From a virus: a stretch of DNA of 64,000 bases. Numbering within the stretch: the stretch's first letter is position 1; each line of letters opens with the position of its first letter. Both the position numbers and the translations under genes were made by a program. Of this stretch, positions 19,863 through 29,397 are shown in pieces. The notes beneath the pieces were generated by a model, which ran no database searches, was not told where the DNA came from, and saw only the letters and a list, made by a program, of their open reading frames with translations. The DNA lies in the UHGV virus genome UHGV-0286546. One strand, 5' to 3'.

Positions 19863-20304
19863 TAAATTCTAAAGCATGCTTACAAAAGCCCGGCAAGTTG
19901 TGTGGATTGTTTGGTTTACGCGCAGTTAATCTATGATAAGCTGGAAAACGCGCCCCTGTACCTGCTCTATTCATTCTATTTGCTTTATCGAATCTAAAAC
20001 GATAACTAGGACAACTACAGCGAATTAAGACTTCATGCCTACTTAAACTAGGTTTTGGCTGATACCCTTGTAAAATTTCTTCATCTGATAATCCGTCGTT
20101 TTCAAGTACACCTTTAAAACTAATCATAACAGAATAACTAGAAGGCTTATGGGAAGAACTAACCTCGCCATAGAAAGTAATTGTTCGTACGCCTTTATCG
20201 TATCTCAAATCTAAATTTCGTATTCTAGCAGATTGATCGGCGTTGTTTATTGAACCCGGCGATACTTTTGGTGTATTTCTGGCTAATTTTCCCCATACAG
20301 GCAT
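19825..20304 (-). CDS. SWIM zinc-finger domain protein (159 aa)
   Basis: CSCPSYRFRF...FCKHA fits CxCxnCxH; higher GC than neighbours. Confidence 0.5.
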   Translation of the reverse strand: MPVWGKLARNTPKVSPGSINNADQSARIRNLDLRYDKGVRTITFYGEVSSSHKPSSYSVMISFKGVLENDGLSDEEILQGYQPKPSLSRHEVLIRCSCPSYRFRFDKANRMNRAGTGARFPAYHRLTARKPNNPHNLPGFCKHALEFIEYLQRQGFIYA

Positions 20305-20766
20305 TTATTCTTCTTCTACTGTTTTATTTAAGTCAATCGTTTGTAAAATCCATTGAGTACATTCTTCTAAAGTACGCCATTCTAACACTTCATAACCCAT
20401 AGATTCTAGTCGATTACAAAAAGCTTCTTGATCTGCTGATTTTTTTCCCTTTCCAAATTTAAATTCTACAAAGGTACATTTTCCATTATGTAAAACAATC
20501 AAATCGGGTTGACCTTTTTTAGCTCCCATTTTTTCCATGTGTCCTTTATAGATGGCTTTGAATCTAACATCCTTAATAAAAGACATACCATTAAAAACAT
20601 CTGTACAAAAACACAGCATATTATGAGCTTGTAATTTTGCTACACAGGCTTTTTGTAATTCGTGCTCAGAGGTTATTTGATTTACTTTTTTTTCATCGAC
20701 TTTAACTTTTAGTTTAGATACCGTCGATGAACGTTTATAATAAGTCATATTAGCTGTACCATACAT
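20305..20766 (-). CDS. VRR-NUC domain nuclease (PD-(D/E)xK superfamily)
   Basis: GAKKGQPDLIVL...CTFVEFKFGKGKKSADQEAF matches VRR-NUC core (KKGxPDLxhh...hhExKxxxGKLSxxQ). Confidence 0.7.
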   Translation of the reverse strand: MYGTANMTYYKRSSTVSKLKVKVDEKKVNQITSEHELQKACVAKLQAHNMLCFCTDVFNGMSFIKDVRFKAIYKGHMEKMGAKKGQPDLIVLHNGKCTFVEFKFGKGKKSADQEAFCNRLESMGYEVLEWRTLEECTQWILQTIDLNKTVEEE

Positions 20767-20776
20767 AGCACTATTC

Positions 20777-21139
20777 CTAATTTAAACTATCTTTAAAATC
20801 AAGAATATTACAAGCAAGCATAGCAATAGCAATTTTAGCCTGGTTCCAAAGCTGCATAGCGCTTGATAACTGTAATTTCTCGGCATTTTCTTTATTAATA
20901 GATAGTTTTTCCATGTATTTTTGTAATTCAATGAGGGCACTTTCAATTGCTGGTTTTCCTTCATATAATTTTTTCTCAACTAAATATTTGTGTAATGAAA
21001 AACCTTCTTCGATAATTACATTTAAATCTGCAATAGATTCTTTTGTAGTAATACTTTTACCATCTTCAGAAGTATACTTTTCACTATAAGTATTAACGTC
21101 TTTTAAAATTTTTTCAGATAAGGTATATGCTTTTTCCAT
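20777..21139 (-). CDS. hypothetical protein (120 aa)
   Basis: ORF, coding-like composition. Confidence 0.5.
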   Translation of the reverse strand: MEKAYTLSEKILKDVNTYSEKYTSEDGKSITTKESIADLNVIIEEGFSLHKYLVEKKLYEGKPAIESALIELQKYMEKLSINKENAEKLQLSSAMQLWNQAKIAIAMLACNILDFKDSLN

Positions 21140-21426
21140 TAATTTTCCTCACTTTTCAATAATTTAATTACTTTGTTAATGTTTCCTTTTATCGCGTATT
21201 CCTGTAAAATATTTGATATAACAAAACACAATTCTTGATCTAATGCAATTTCAGTACCTGACTTTTTTTCAGTTAATATTAAAACTGTATCATTTCCTGC
21301 TGGTTTAAGATTAATTTCAATATTTTGTAATTTACTATCTTGGAACGTCAATGACATTTCTTGTATAGGTTGTTCATTATATTGAGCTTCTTTTTTAGAA
21401 AAAAATGATTTTAATTTAGAAAACAT
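21139..21426 (-). CDS. hypothetical protein (95 aa)
   Basis: ORF with 1-nt overlap to downstream gene; head of minus-strand operon facing divergent promoter region 21427..21518. Confidence 0.5.
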   Translation of the reverse strand: MFSKLKSFFSKKEAQYNEQPIQEMSLTFQDSKLQNIEINLKPAGNDTVLILTEKKSGTEIALDQELCFVISNILQEYAIKGNINKVIKLLKSEEN

Positions 21427-21518
21427 TTGAGATTAACCTCCTTCATTTTTATTATTAGAACTCAAAAGACATTAATATTCTATATAAAAAGCGAATCACG
21501 GGAAAGAGAACCTTTAAT

Positions 21519-23075
21519 ATGCCAATTTATCAAACACATTCTTTTTGGAATTATATAGCGAACGAATCAGAAACGATTATTAATAAAGTTAAAGATTTAC
21601 TGTATATTGAAAAATATAATTATGAAACAAAAGATTATGAAATCGCTCACTATTTTCAAGAAGTTGCCAAATTAAAAATAGAAGATTCGGTGTATATTAC
21701 TCTTCGCGTTCCGGCTGGTTTAACTCAATATCTTTTAGATAAAACAACTTTATTATTAGAAAAGAAAGAATATCCAGAAAAAAGATATAGTGAAAACGAA
21801 ATATTAAGAGTCGCTGAAGAAATTAAACAAATAAATCCCCAATTTGAAATAAGAGAGTATCAAACTGAAGCTGCTCTTACTTCTCTGAATCAATTTCAAA
21901 GTTTAATTGAAGCTAGTGTCGGAAGTGGTAAAACTAGCATTATGTCTTTTGTTTGTAAGATTTTAGAAAATGAAAAAATATTAATCTTAAATGATAATAA
22001 CTTTATTTTAGATCAAATATATAAAAGATTGCTTTCATTTGGTTTAACTAGTATAAGTTGGAATCTCAGTAAAGATCCAGATTATACAAAAAATATCGTT
22101 ATTCTTAATACTAGTGGCTCAGATGCAAAATTAAACAAACAAGATCCAGATTATATAAAGTATCTACAAAACGTGCATACAATTATATACGATGAAGCAC
22201 AACATGTTCAAAGTTTAACATTTTTTGAGCCAATTCTTTATACAGATCCCGAAAAATTGAAACATATCATAGGTTATTCAGGTAGTCCTTTTCGTTGCTA
22301 CAAACATCCCTACGATGATTTCGATGATTTTAGAACAATAGCAATTCTAGGTGAACCAGCTTTTAAATATACAATGTCAGATGCGATAAAAGACGGTAAT
22401 ATCGCACAACCTTACGGATACTTTATTAGATATAATAATAAACCTGGATATGTACCCGAACAATTTAAAGATAACTATTTCATGCAATACCGAGCAAATA
22501 TCATATATAATAAAAATAGAAACAAAGCCGGTTTGGAAATGCTAAAATTCTTAAATAAACATAATATTAAAACACTCGCTTCTTTTAATAATATAAAACC
22601 AGGGCAAAATATGATGAAGATGTTAAAAGAAGAAGGAATATCAGCAATTTTTAGTTGTGGTAATGAAACTCTTTATGAATGGCTACCCAACAAAAGAGGA
22701 ACTTTAAAATTAGATGTACGGAAAGGAAACACTGATGATATTAAAATTGCATTACAAAGTGGATACAATATAATCTTCGGTAGTCAAGTATTAGACGAAG
22801 GCGTTGATATATCAGAATTTCAAGCTGCTGTTTTATTTAGTGCTGGGAAAACACCTATTGCTGGTATTCAAAGGATTGGTCGAGCAAGTAGAAAAAGAAA
22901 AAACGAATTGAATGTTTCTTTAGTTATTGATTTCCAAGACATTAATGGTTATTATAAATTTCAAGAGCATTATATATTACGAAAACAAATGATGGTTGAT
23001 TCTGGCGTTAAAATATTTGCAAATGTACAAGATTTTATAAGTATGGTTGAACAAATTAGTAGCCAGAATAAATAA
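21519..23075 (+). CDS. superfamily-2 DNA/RNA helicase (DEAQ-box, 518 aa)
   Basis: Motif I ASVGSGKTS, motif II IIYDEAQHV, motif VI IQRIGRASRKRK. Confidence 0.8.
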   Translation: MPIYQTHSFWNYIANESETIINKVKDLLYIEKYNYETKDYEIAHYFQEVAKLKIEDSVYITLRVPAGLTQYLLDKTTLLLEKKEYPEKRYSENEILRVAEEIKQINPQFEIREYQTEAALTSLNQFQSLIEASVGSGKTSIMSFVCKILENEKILILNDNNFILDQIYKRLLSFGLTSISWNLSKDPDYTKNIVILNTSGSDAKLNKQDPDYIKYLQNVHTIIYDEAQHVQSLTFFEPILYTDPEKLKHIIGYSGSPFRCYKHPYDDFDDFRTIAILGEPAFKYTMSDAIKDGNIAQPYGYFIRYNNKPGYVPEQFKDNYFMQYRANIIYNKNRNKAGLEMLKFLNKHNIKTLASFNNIKPGQNMMKMLKEEGISAIFSCGNETLYEWLPNKRGTLKLDVRKGNTDDIKIALQSGYNIIFGSQVLDEGVDISEFQAAVLFSAGKTPIAGIQRIGRASRKRKNELNVSLVIDFQDINGYYKFQEHYILRKQMMVDSGVKIFANVQDFISMVEQISSQNK

Positions 23076-23162
23076 ACTATTTGGAAAATTTAATAGTGTA
23101 GAGAACAATCGGAAATACATTCTATATGGTAAGAAAATTAAATAAAAAAGGTATGGATAAAA

Positions 23163-24581
23163 ATGGTTGATATTGCATATAGCTTTGAAGATGAATATAG
23201 TATAGATGTTCAATTAAAATTCTTAAGTTTATTGCTGTTTGACGAAGCTTGGGCAGAACTCAGTGGATTAGAAGTAGTAAAACCTGAATTTTATGAAAAT
23301 CGTCATTTACATAGAATATGTGAATGGATCCATAAGTATTATAAAAAATATAAGAAAATGCCTACTTCTGCTGTTTTACGTGAATTGGCAAAAGATTATA
23401 TAAATGATAACAATTTAGCTCAAAAAGAATATTTTATCTATGAAGACTACATCAATCGTATTTCAGATTTAAAAGAAGAAGACGATTTAGAATATTTTAA
23501 AGATAAAGCTATTATTTTTGCTAGACAAGTAATGTGGAGAACTGCTTTAGCAAAAGGCGGAAAAGCATTTGAATTAGAAAATTATAAAGATGCAATGGAA
23601 GCTTTCGAAAAGGTATTACATATTGGCGAAGAAGCTGATATGGGCTTAGATTTTCAAAAGTTAGACATGCGTCAGTTCTTGGATTCTTTGGAAAACGAAT
23701 ATAGTACAGATAATATGCTTCAAACACATATTCCTGACTGGGACGAAGCATTAGGTGGAGGTTTTATTAAAGCAAACGTTCATATTATCGCTGCAGAACC
23801 TGGTGGTGGTAAAACTAAAACTATGTCATATTTAGCGAAAGAAGCTTTACTTTCATATAAACGAGTTGTTTTCATTACACTTGAATTAACAGAAAATCAA
23901 ATTATGCAAGGTATTGCTAACTGTGTAACAGGTTTGAGTATTTCAGAAATGCGTAATAAAGCAATACAAGAAGACTTTATACGTAAAATAACTAAGTTTA
24001 AAAATGATTATTCTGATAATTTGGTTATTAAGTTTTATAGACCAGATACAATTACCTGTAATACAATTAATAACTATATTAAAACTCTTTGTAGAAAAAA
24101 ATCCGAAGAATTAGGAAAAGATTGGAGACCGGATGTAATCTTTCTTGACTACATGGATAAAATATTACCGACAACAAGAATAAAGGGAAATGTATACGAA
24201 GATAACGGTAATGTCGCGACAGACTGTAAGAATTTAGCCATTACTTTCGATTGTCCTGTTATTACTGGCTCTCAGTTAGGACGTGGTGGTTGGAATTTAA
24301 CAGGTAATCAGGTAATCAGTATGGCTTCGATTGCGGAATCTGCACGTAAAGTTCATATTGCTCACTCCATGACAACCATCAATGCTAATAATGCCGAAAA
24401 ACAATTAAATAGATGTAGATTTTATATAGCTAAATCACGAACAGGTACACCAGGAAAAGTAATTTACATCGAAAGACATATGGGCAGAGGTACAATAAAA
24501 CAAGTTGAGCCTTACGACGCTGGAGCATTACAAGATCTGTCAGGATGCACCATTAGAAATACGAATAATACAGATAAATAA
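23163..24581 (+). CDS. DnaB-family replicative DNA helicase (472 aa)
   Basis: Walker A AAEPGGGKTKT; H4-like VITGSQLGRGGWN; overall DnaB/gp41-like architecture. Confidence 0.75.
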   Translation: MVDIAYSFEDEYSIDVQLKFLSLLLFDEAWAELSGLEVVKPEFYENRHLHRICEWIHKYYKKYKKMPTSAVLRELAKDYINDNNLAQKEYFIYEDYINRISDLKEEDDLEYFKDKAIIFARQVMWRTALAKGGKAFELENYKDAMEAFEKVLHIGEEADMGLDFQKLDMRQFLDSLENEYSTDNMLQTHIPDWDEALGGGFIKANVHIIAAEPGGGKTKTMSYLAKEALLSYKRVVFITLELTENQIMQGIANCVTGLSISEMRNKAIQEDFIRKITKFKNDYSDNLVIKFYRPDTITCNTINNYIKTLCRKKSEELGKDWRPDVIFLDYMDKILPTTRIKGNVYEDNGNVATDCKNLAITFDCPVITGSQLGRGGWNLTGNQVISMASIAESARKVHIAHSMTTINANNAEKQLNRCRFYIAKSRTGTPGKVIYIERHMGRGTIKQVEPYDAGALQDLSGCTIRNTNNTDK

Positions 24582-24688
24582 AAAGAGAGGCTTAAAAACC
24601 TCTCTAACTTTTTCAATGTACAAATCGCTGGATACTCTAAAACTTTTCCAATGATTTCATTACTCTCTGTACATAGGTAAAGTCAAAC

Positions 24689-24976
24689 CTATTTATTTTT
24701 CGGTAAAAATAACTTTTTCAATTCAGTGAACAAGAAAATGACTGAATCGTAGATAGCTTCAAATAAGGCAGAAAGAACACCAACTACCAAACTCATACAA
24801 ACAACTTCGATAGATTTAATTGTATTACCAACAAAATCCATAACTAAATCAATGGTTTGAACAACAAGTGCTTTTGCTTCATTAACAAAGTCATTAAAAA
24901 TAGCTTTAATTGAATCTTTAGTTTTATTCCAAGCTTCTTTACACTTTGTACTAAACTTTTTCCAAATTTCTTTCAT
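24689..24976 (-). CDS. small membrane protein (95 aa)
   Basis: ORF with central hydrophobic helix (VVCMSLVVGVLSALFEAI). Confidence 0.45.
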   Translation of the reverse strand: MKEIWKKFSTKCKEAWNKTKDSIKAIFNDFVNEAKALVVQTIDLVMDFVGNTIKSIEVVCMSLVVGVLSALFEAIYDSVIFLFTELKKLFLPKNK

Positions 24977-25007
24977 TTAGATATACCTCTTTAGTTTTAT
25001 ATTTACT

Positions 25008-25187
25008 TTATTTAGAACACTCTTCTTTCTCTGGTGGTCTAAAATCAATTTCAATTTCTTCTTGCTTCTCATTAAATCTAAATGTAAAGATTTCACTGGT
25101 TGGTCTGTCTAGTGGTTGAACGTCTACTAATTCGTTGGTAACTAGACTAGGATAATATCTTTTAACAATCTCATCTAACGTTTTCAT
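25008..25187 (-). CDS. small hypothetical protein (59 aa, below track cutoff)
   Basis: ATG with upstream GGAG; clean ORF MKTLDEIVKRYYPSLV...EKEECSK abutting 24689..24976. Confidence 0.4.
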   Translation of the reverse strand: MKTLDEIVKRYYPSLVTNELVDVQPLDRPTSEIFTFRFNEKQEEIEIDFRPPEKEECSK

Positions 25188-25228
25188 TTTTTGCTTTACA
25201 TCTCCATATAATTTATTATTATAGAACC

Positions 25229-25624
25229 ATGATGAAAAGAATTACTACAGCAAAAGAAACCGTTTTAGATTTATTAGAAAAAGGAAAGCTAATAAATCTT
25301 GTTGAATTACGCACCGGTAAAAACAATTCGGGATCTGGAATAAACAAGATTAACCAGTTACGAACAATCTGTAAATACTTTGATATACCTTTAGAAAATT
25401 ATGTACGTTATTGTAATACAAGTAAATTACGTAATCGTCGTAATTTTTTTATTTTTTTAAACTATCTAAAACGAAATAACATTCAATATATCTATGCAGA
25501 AAAAGTTTTATATTTTCCTGTAGAATCAGAAATTGCAGACATTCTAAGAGTATATAATAACAATTGGAATGCAGTATATGATTCTATCGTAGATTGTCAT
25601 TTGGCCGAGAAAGAAAGTAAATAG
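25229..25624 (+). CDS. hypothetical protein (131 aa)
   Basis: ORF; downstream gene starts 1 nt after stop. Confidence 0.5.
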   Translation: MMKRITTAKETVLDLLEKGKLINLVELRTGKNNSGSGINKINQLRTICKYFDIPLENYVRYCNTSKLRNRRNFFIFLNYLKRNNIQYIYAEKVLYFPVESEIADILRVYNNNWNAVYDSIVDCHLAEKESK

Positions 25625-26053
25625 ATGCTATACTATTCAGACTACCTTAATAAAGATTCTAGATTTGAAGCTGCAGTTTTATATTATCTATTAAATGCGA
25701 TTTCAAAAAACAACGAAGAAGTTAGTGTGGAAGATGTATTCTGGATAATCAATCGTGCAAATTTTAGAGCATGTGAAAAATATTGGACTCCTGTTATTGA
25801 TTATAATTTTTTAAATTGGTTAGGAGATATTGAATATAAATTAGAAGTATTTAATGTAGATTGGAATGAAGGTACATTTAAAAATACATATACTCATTTG
25901 GATTTTCTTTCACAGTCACAAATTGAATGTTTAGATAAAGCAATTTTTAGATATAAGTTATATGGTAAATATATTATAAAGAATAGAGAATGGGTATGGA
26001 AATTAAAAGATTATTTAAAAAAGGTAAAGAAAAAATGGTTAGAAAAATGTTAA
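25625..26053 (+). CDS. hypothetical protein (142 aa)
   Basis: ORF. Confidence 0.5.
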   Translation: MLYYSDYLNKDSRFEAAVLYYLLNAISKNNEEVSVEDVFWIINRANFRACEKYWTPVIDYNFLNWLGDIEYKLEVFNVDWNEGTFKNTYTHLDFLSQSQIECLDKAIFRYKLYGKYIIKNREWVWKLKDYLKKVKKKWLEKC

Positions 26054-26343
26054 AATTCATAGGTTTAGCGTTAGAAAAAGATTATGCAAAGGCAGATACT
26101 TGTTGGATCGTCGCATTGAATCATATCGCAAAACACCTATTTAATCCTAAGACCCCTATGCCGGTAATTAAAAATCTCGTAGAATTACTTTGTGTTATTG
26201 ATTATGATGGCAATGAACTTATAAACGATTGGATGACAGACTTAAAAAGTAGAAACGGCAATAAAGAATACTTGGCACGATTAAATGTGATTTGTCCAAT
26301 TATTATCAAAGAACAAAAGAAACTCGAAAAAGGAAACAAATAA
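26035..26343 (+). CDS. hypothetical protein (start ambiguous: 25990/26035/26047)
   Basis: ORF overlapping previous gene; internal ATGs give shorter overlap. Confidence 0.45.
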   Translation: MVRKMLKFIGLALEKDYAKADTCWIVALNHIAKHLFNPKTPMPVIKNLVELLCVIDYDGNELINDWMTDLKSRNGNKEYLARLNVICPIIIKEQKKLEKGNK

Positions 26344-26344
26344 T

Positions 26345-27460
26345 ATGTATATACTAAATGACATCCAATTAGATTATAATGATGTTTTAATTGCACCACA
26401 AACAACTACTATTAATCATAGGGGCGAAGTAGAGATTATTAGAAATTTTAAAACACTTCGAAAAGATGTCGGTGGCCATCATGAAGAATTTAATTGTTGC
26501 CCGGTTATGAATGCTAATATGACACAAACTGGTACTTTTGAATTAGTTGCTGAATTATTAAAAAATGATATGATCGGTTGTATTCATAAATTTTACACCG
26601 TAGAAAAAATTCGTGAATTCTGTGAGCAAAACACAACAGATAATAGATTTTTTATTACGATCGGTTTGCGCAATTGGCAATCTGAAATTCAAAAGTTAAA
26701 AGATTGTAACAAATATAAATGGTCTATTCTTATCGATGTACCGAATGCATATATTCCAGAAGTAGAAAATTTAGTTAAAGAAGTACGTAAAGAATTTCCA
26801 GATAGAATAATTGCTGTAGGTAATGTTTGTACTGGTGACCGTACTCAAGAACTAATTAAAGCTGGTGCAAATATTGTAAAGGTTGGCATTGGACCTTCTG
26901 CAGTATGTCGAACTCGTCATACAACTGGCTGTGGTCGTCCACAATTATCAGCAGTCATCGATTGTGCTAATGCTGCGCATCAAGTTGGTGGATTAATCAT
27001 TGCTGATGGTGGTTTTACAATGTCCGGTGATCTATGTAAAGCTTTTGTTGCTGGCGCAGATATTTGTATGTCTGGATCAATGTTTGCTGGTTGTGATGAA
27101 GCTGCAGGTCAAGTAATCAATAAATGTTTTCGTACATCTGTTTATTCTATGACAGAAAAAGAAAACGAATTCGGTGATATTATTTGTGAACACGATAAAC
27201 CACAATTTGAAATTAAACAATTTAAAGAATATTATGGTATGTCTAGTTTTAGAGCGCAATACGAAAATTATGGTCAAAAAACTAAAACTGGAACTTCTGA
27301 AGGAGTAGAAAGTAAACTTATTCCTTATACTGGACCAGTTATAGATACAATTAACAATATTAAAGGTAGTTTAAGAAGCTGTGGTAGTTATATTGGTGCA
27401 AAAAATATTAAGTATTTTTCTAGACAAGGTACTTTTTATAGAGTGAATAGGATTCAATAA
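26345..27460 (+). CDS. GMP reductase / IMP dehydrogenase-family enzyme lacking CBS subdomain (371 aa)
   Basis: Catalytic loop KVGIGPSAVCRTRHTTGCGRPQLSAV and IADGGFTMSGDLCKAFVAGAD...MSGSMFAG match IMPDH/GMPR TIM-barrel signatures; no CBS insert, so GMPR-like. Confidence 0.75.
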   Translation: MYILNDIQLDYNDVLIAPQTTTINHRGEVEIIRNFKTLRKDVGGHHEEFNCCPVMNANMTQTGTFELVAELLKNDMIGCIHKFYTVEKIREFCEQNTTDNRFFITIGLRNWQSEIQKLKDCNKYKWSILIDVPNAYIPEVENLVKEVRKEFPDRIIAVGNVCTGDRTQELIKAGANIVKVGIGPSAVCRTRHTTGCGRPQLSAVIDCANAAHQVGGLIIADGGFTMSGDLCKAFVAGADICMSGSMFAGCDEAAGQVINKCFRTSVYSMTEKENEFGDIICEHDKPQFEIKQFKEYYGMSSFRAQYENYGQKTKTGTSEGVESKLIPYTGPVIDTINNIKGSLRSCGSYIGAKNIKYFSRQGTFYRVNRIQ

Positions 27461-27625
27461 ATATAAAATGAAACAATTAAATATATCATGGATTGGATTG
27501 GTATATACTGTATTATTACATGCTTAGCTCAGTATACAGTTTCAACAAAACTTAAAAAAGGTTTTACAAATAAATTTTTTTGGTGTATATATACATTCAA
27601 TAAATGACGAAAGGAAATGTTAAAA

Positions 27626-27991
27626 ATGACACCTAACCAAAACAGAACGATTCATAGAGTTATTTCTGTATTCGGTGAAAAAAATCAACAGATGCAAGCA
27701 ATAGAAGAATTAATGGAACTTCAACGTGCGGTATTTGAAAATGTACACCGAGGAACAGACAACAGAGACAATATCGTAGAAGAAATTGCAGACGTAGAAA
27801 TCATGTTGACACAGCTTAAAAGAATTCATAATATTGATCAAAATGAAATCGAAGCAATTCAAGAGCATAAATTGAACCGTCTCGATCATACAATAGAAAA
27901 ATATTTGGCAAAACAACAGTCGAAAAACAATTCTATTGAAAGTAAACAGGTTGACATTCAAATCGATAGAAATACCTCTAACGGTAGATAA
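27626..27991 (+). CDS. MazG-like nucleotide pyrophosphohydrolase (start moved to ATG with better RBS spacing)
   Basis: EELMELQRAVFEN ... VEEIADVEIMLTQL matches the two EExx(E/D) helices of the MazG/NTP-PPase family. Confidence 0.65.
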   Translation: MTPNQNRTIHRVISVFGEKNQQMQAIEELMELQRAVFENVHRGTDNRDNIVEEIADVEIMLTQLKRIHNIDQNEIEAIQEHKLNRLDHTIEKYLAKQQSKNNSIESKQVDIQIDRNTSNGR

Positions 27992-28005
27992 AGGGAGAAA
28001 TATAA

Positions 28006-28200
28006 ATGTTTTTAATTAAGAATACAAAAAGATCTTATAACTGTTATCTTTCTGACGAAGGTAAATGGGCAGGATTGTTAATTGCCAAAGTTTTCGAAAA
28101 TAAAGAAGACGCAGAAAAAGTTTGTTCAGAAGACGGAAAAGTTATTTCTTGGAATGAAGCGACTGGTTTATATTTAAAAGATTCAAACGAACAAAATTAA
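28006..28200 (+). CDS. small hypothetical protein (64 aa)
   Basis: ORF with RBS AGGGAG. Confidence 0.45.
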   Translation: MFLIKNTKRSYNCYLSDEGKWAGLLIAKVFENKEDAEKVCSEDGKVISWNEATGLYLKDSNEQN

Positions 28201-28356
28201 TTAAAAAAAAATAATTATTATAAAAACTTTTCTAAAAATACTGTTCTAATGACTATGATTATACGTACTGAAAATAATAATAGTTTAGCGACAGATTTAG
28301 AAAAGCCTACAATCTGGCGACGTATTGTAATATAAAAACTGAATTTAAATATATGA

Positions 28357-28400
28357 AGTACGCCCCAGAAAAAAAAAATAAAAAAAATTCTGGGGTTTAT
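28357..28400 (+). terminator. terminator-like hairpin (CCCCAGAA-A-rich loop-TTCTGGGG + T run)
   Basis: Inverted repeat followed by TTTATTTTTTTC. Confidence 0.5.
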
Positions 28401-28535
28401 TTTTTTCGGTTTTACAAATAATAAATTTTCAGATATAAAATAATCATTCAAGAGTCAATAAAATGATTCTTTAGTTATAAGACATTGTGAATAGGAAATA
28501 ATATTAAACGAATTAGCCTTGGCAGCTAAACTGTT

Positions 28536-28574
28536 ATGTATTTGCCAAATAAAACAGAATATAAATATACATAA
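28536..28574 (+). CDS. candidate 12-codon leader mini-ORF (MYLPNKTEYKYT) upstream of tRNA cluster A
   Basis: ATG TAT TTG CCA AAT AAA ACA GAA TAT AAA TAT ACA TAA; codons largely match downstream tRNAs (Met, Leu, Pro, Asn, Thr-TGT, Glu); weaker case than 37719 and 43174 (see findings). Confidence 0.3.
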   Translation: MYLPNKTEYKYT

Positions 28575-28662
28575 CACCGGTAGTCTTAACGTTTATCTTA
28601 ACCGGCCTAGAGGGTAAAAGTAGATGTTTTTACTTAAAAATCTACGAAAGAAGCGTATCTAT

Positions 28663-28737
28663 CGCGGGGTAGAGCATTGGTAGATCACTAGGCTCATAAC
28701 CTAGAGGTAGGTGGTTCGATTCCATCCCCCGCAACCA
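28663..28737 (+). tRNA. tRNA-Met (anticodon CAT), possibly initiator-type (C1-A72 mismatch)
   Basis: Cloverleaf by eye: anticodon stem CTAGG/CCTAG, loop CTCATAA, T-loop TTCGATT, 3' ACCA encoded. Confidence 0.7.
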
Positions 28738-28800
28738 TTTTAGGTAGGAACAGCAATACATAACAAACTCAAACTTGAACTTTGACAGAATACTACCTAG
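28738..28800 (+). repeat. tRNA-trailer hairpin element, copy 1 (TTTTAGGTAGG...ACAGCAAT...ACTACCTAG); contains perfect TTGACA
   Basis: Second copy at 29098..29166, also immediately 3' of a tRNA; TAGGTAG/CTACCTA stem enclosing ~50 nt. Confidence 0.5.
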
Positions 28801-28816
28801 TTTTTATTTTAATTAC

Positions 28817-28903
28817 GCGCTCGTGGGGGAACAGGTAGACCCGTAAGACTTAAAATCTTATGTCCGTAGGGACGTGTCAGTTCGATTCTGACCGAGCGCA
28901 CCA
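28817..28903 (+). tRNA. tRNA-Leu (anticodon TAA), class II
   Basis: Acceptor GCGCTCG/CGAGCGC, anticodon loop CTTAAAA, long variable arm, T-loop TTCGATT, CCA encoded. Confidence 0.8.
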
Positions 28904-28915
28904 AAGTTTTTTTAT

Positions 28916-28989
28916 CGAGAACGTGGTGTAAGGGTAACACTCCTCGTTTGGGGCGAGGGATTGCCGTTCGAGTCGGACGTTCTCGACCA
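28916..28989 (+). tRNA. tRNA-Pro (anticodon TGG); T-arm folds poorly by eye
   Basis: Acceptor CGAGAAC/GTTCTCG, anticodon stem CCTCG/CGAGG with loop TTTGGGG, TTCGAGT T-loop, CCA encoded. Confidence 0.6.
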
Positions 28990-29011
28990 TTTGATTATTA
29001 TATTTTATTGT

Positions 29012-29087
29012 GCCGGCATCGACAAGCGGTTTAAGTCGTCTCCCTTTCACGGAGGAGTCACGGGTTCGAATCCCGTTGCTGGTACCA
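29012..29087 (+). tRNA. tRNA-Glu (anticodon TTC)
   Basis: Acceptor GCCGGCA/TGCTGGT (two G-U), D-stem CGAC/GTCG, anticodon loop CTTTCAC, T-arm ACGGG-TTCGAAT-CCCGT, CCA encoded. Confidence 0.7.
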
Positions 29088-29097
29088 TTTTATGATT

Positions 29098-29166
29098 TTT
29101 AGGTAGGTACAGCAATCAATTTCGCTTTGTAGCACCAGACTTTTAATCTGTTATAAAACTACCTAG
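29098..29166 (+). repeat. tRNA-trailer hairpin element, copy 2
   Basis: Shares TTTTAGGTAGGTACAGCAAT ... AACTACCTAG with copy 1. Confidence 0.5.
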
Positions 29167-29176
29167 TTAAAATCGT

Positions 29177-29252
29177 GGGGAATTAGCTCATCTGGGAGAG
29201 CGTCTGATTTGCATTCAGAAGGTGAGGAGTTCGAGTCTCCTATTCTCCACCA
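29177..29252 (+). tRNA. tRNA-Ala (anticodon TGC)
   Basis: GGGGAAT acceptor, D-arm AGCTCATCTGGGAGAGC, anticodon loop TTTGCAT, T-loop TTCGAGT, CCA encoded. Confidence 0.8.
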
Positions 29253-29397
29253 AATTTATGGAGGTTCTGTTAAGTATAGAGTAGTTAGAATATAAATTAG
29301 CTGATCCTAGGTATGTAAAAGCACTAATTAATTCAATGATACAAAATATACGATTAAATAACTTATATATGACACAGATATAGTTACCTCCGCCAAC

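Noticed and set aside
28621-28646. Hairpin GTAGATGTTTTTACTTAAAAATCTAC as terminator for the candidate cluster-A leader
   Set aside because: Not followed by a T-run; cannot be called an intrinsic terminator, which weakens (but does not exclude) the cluster-A attenuator idea
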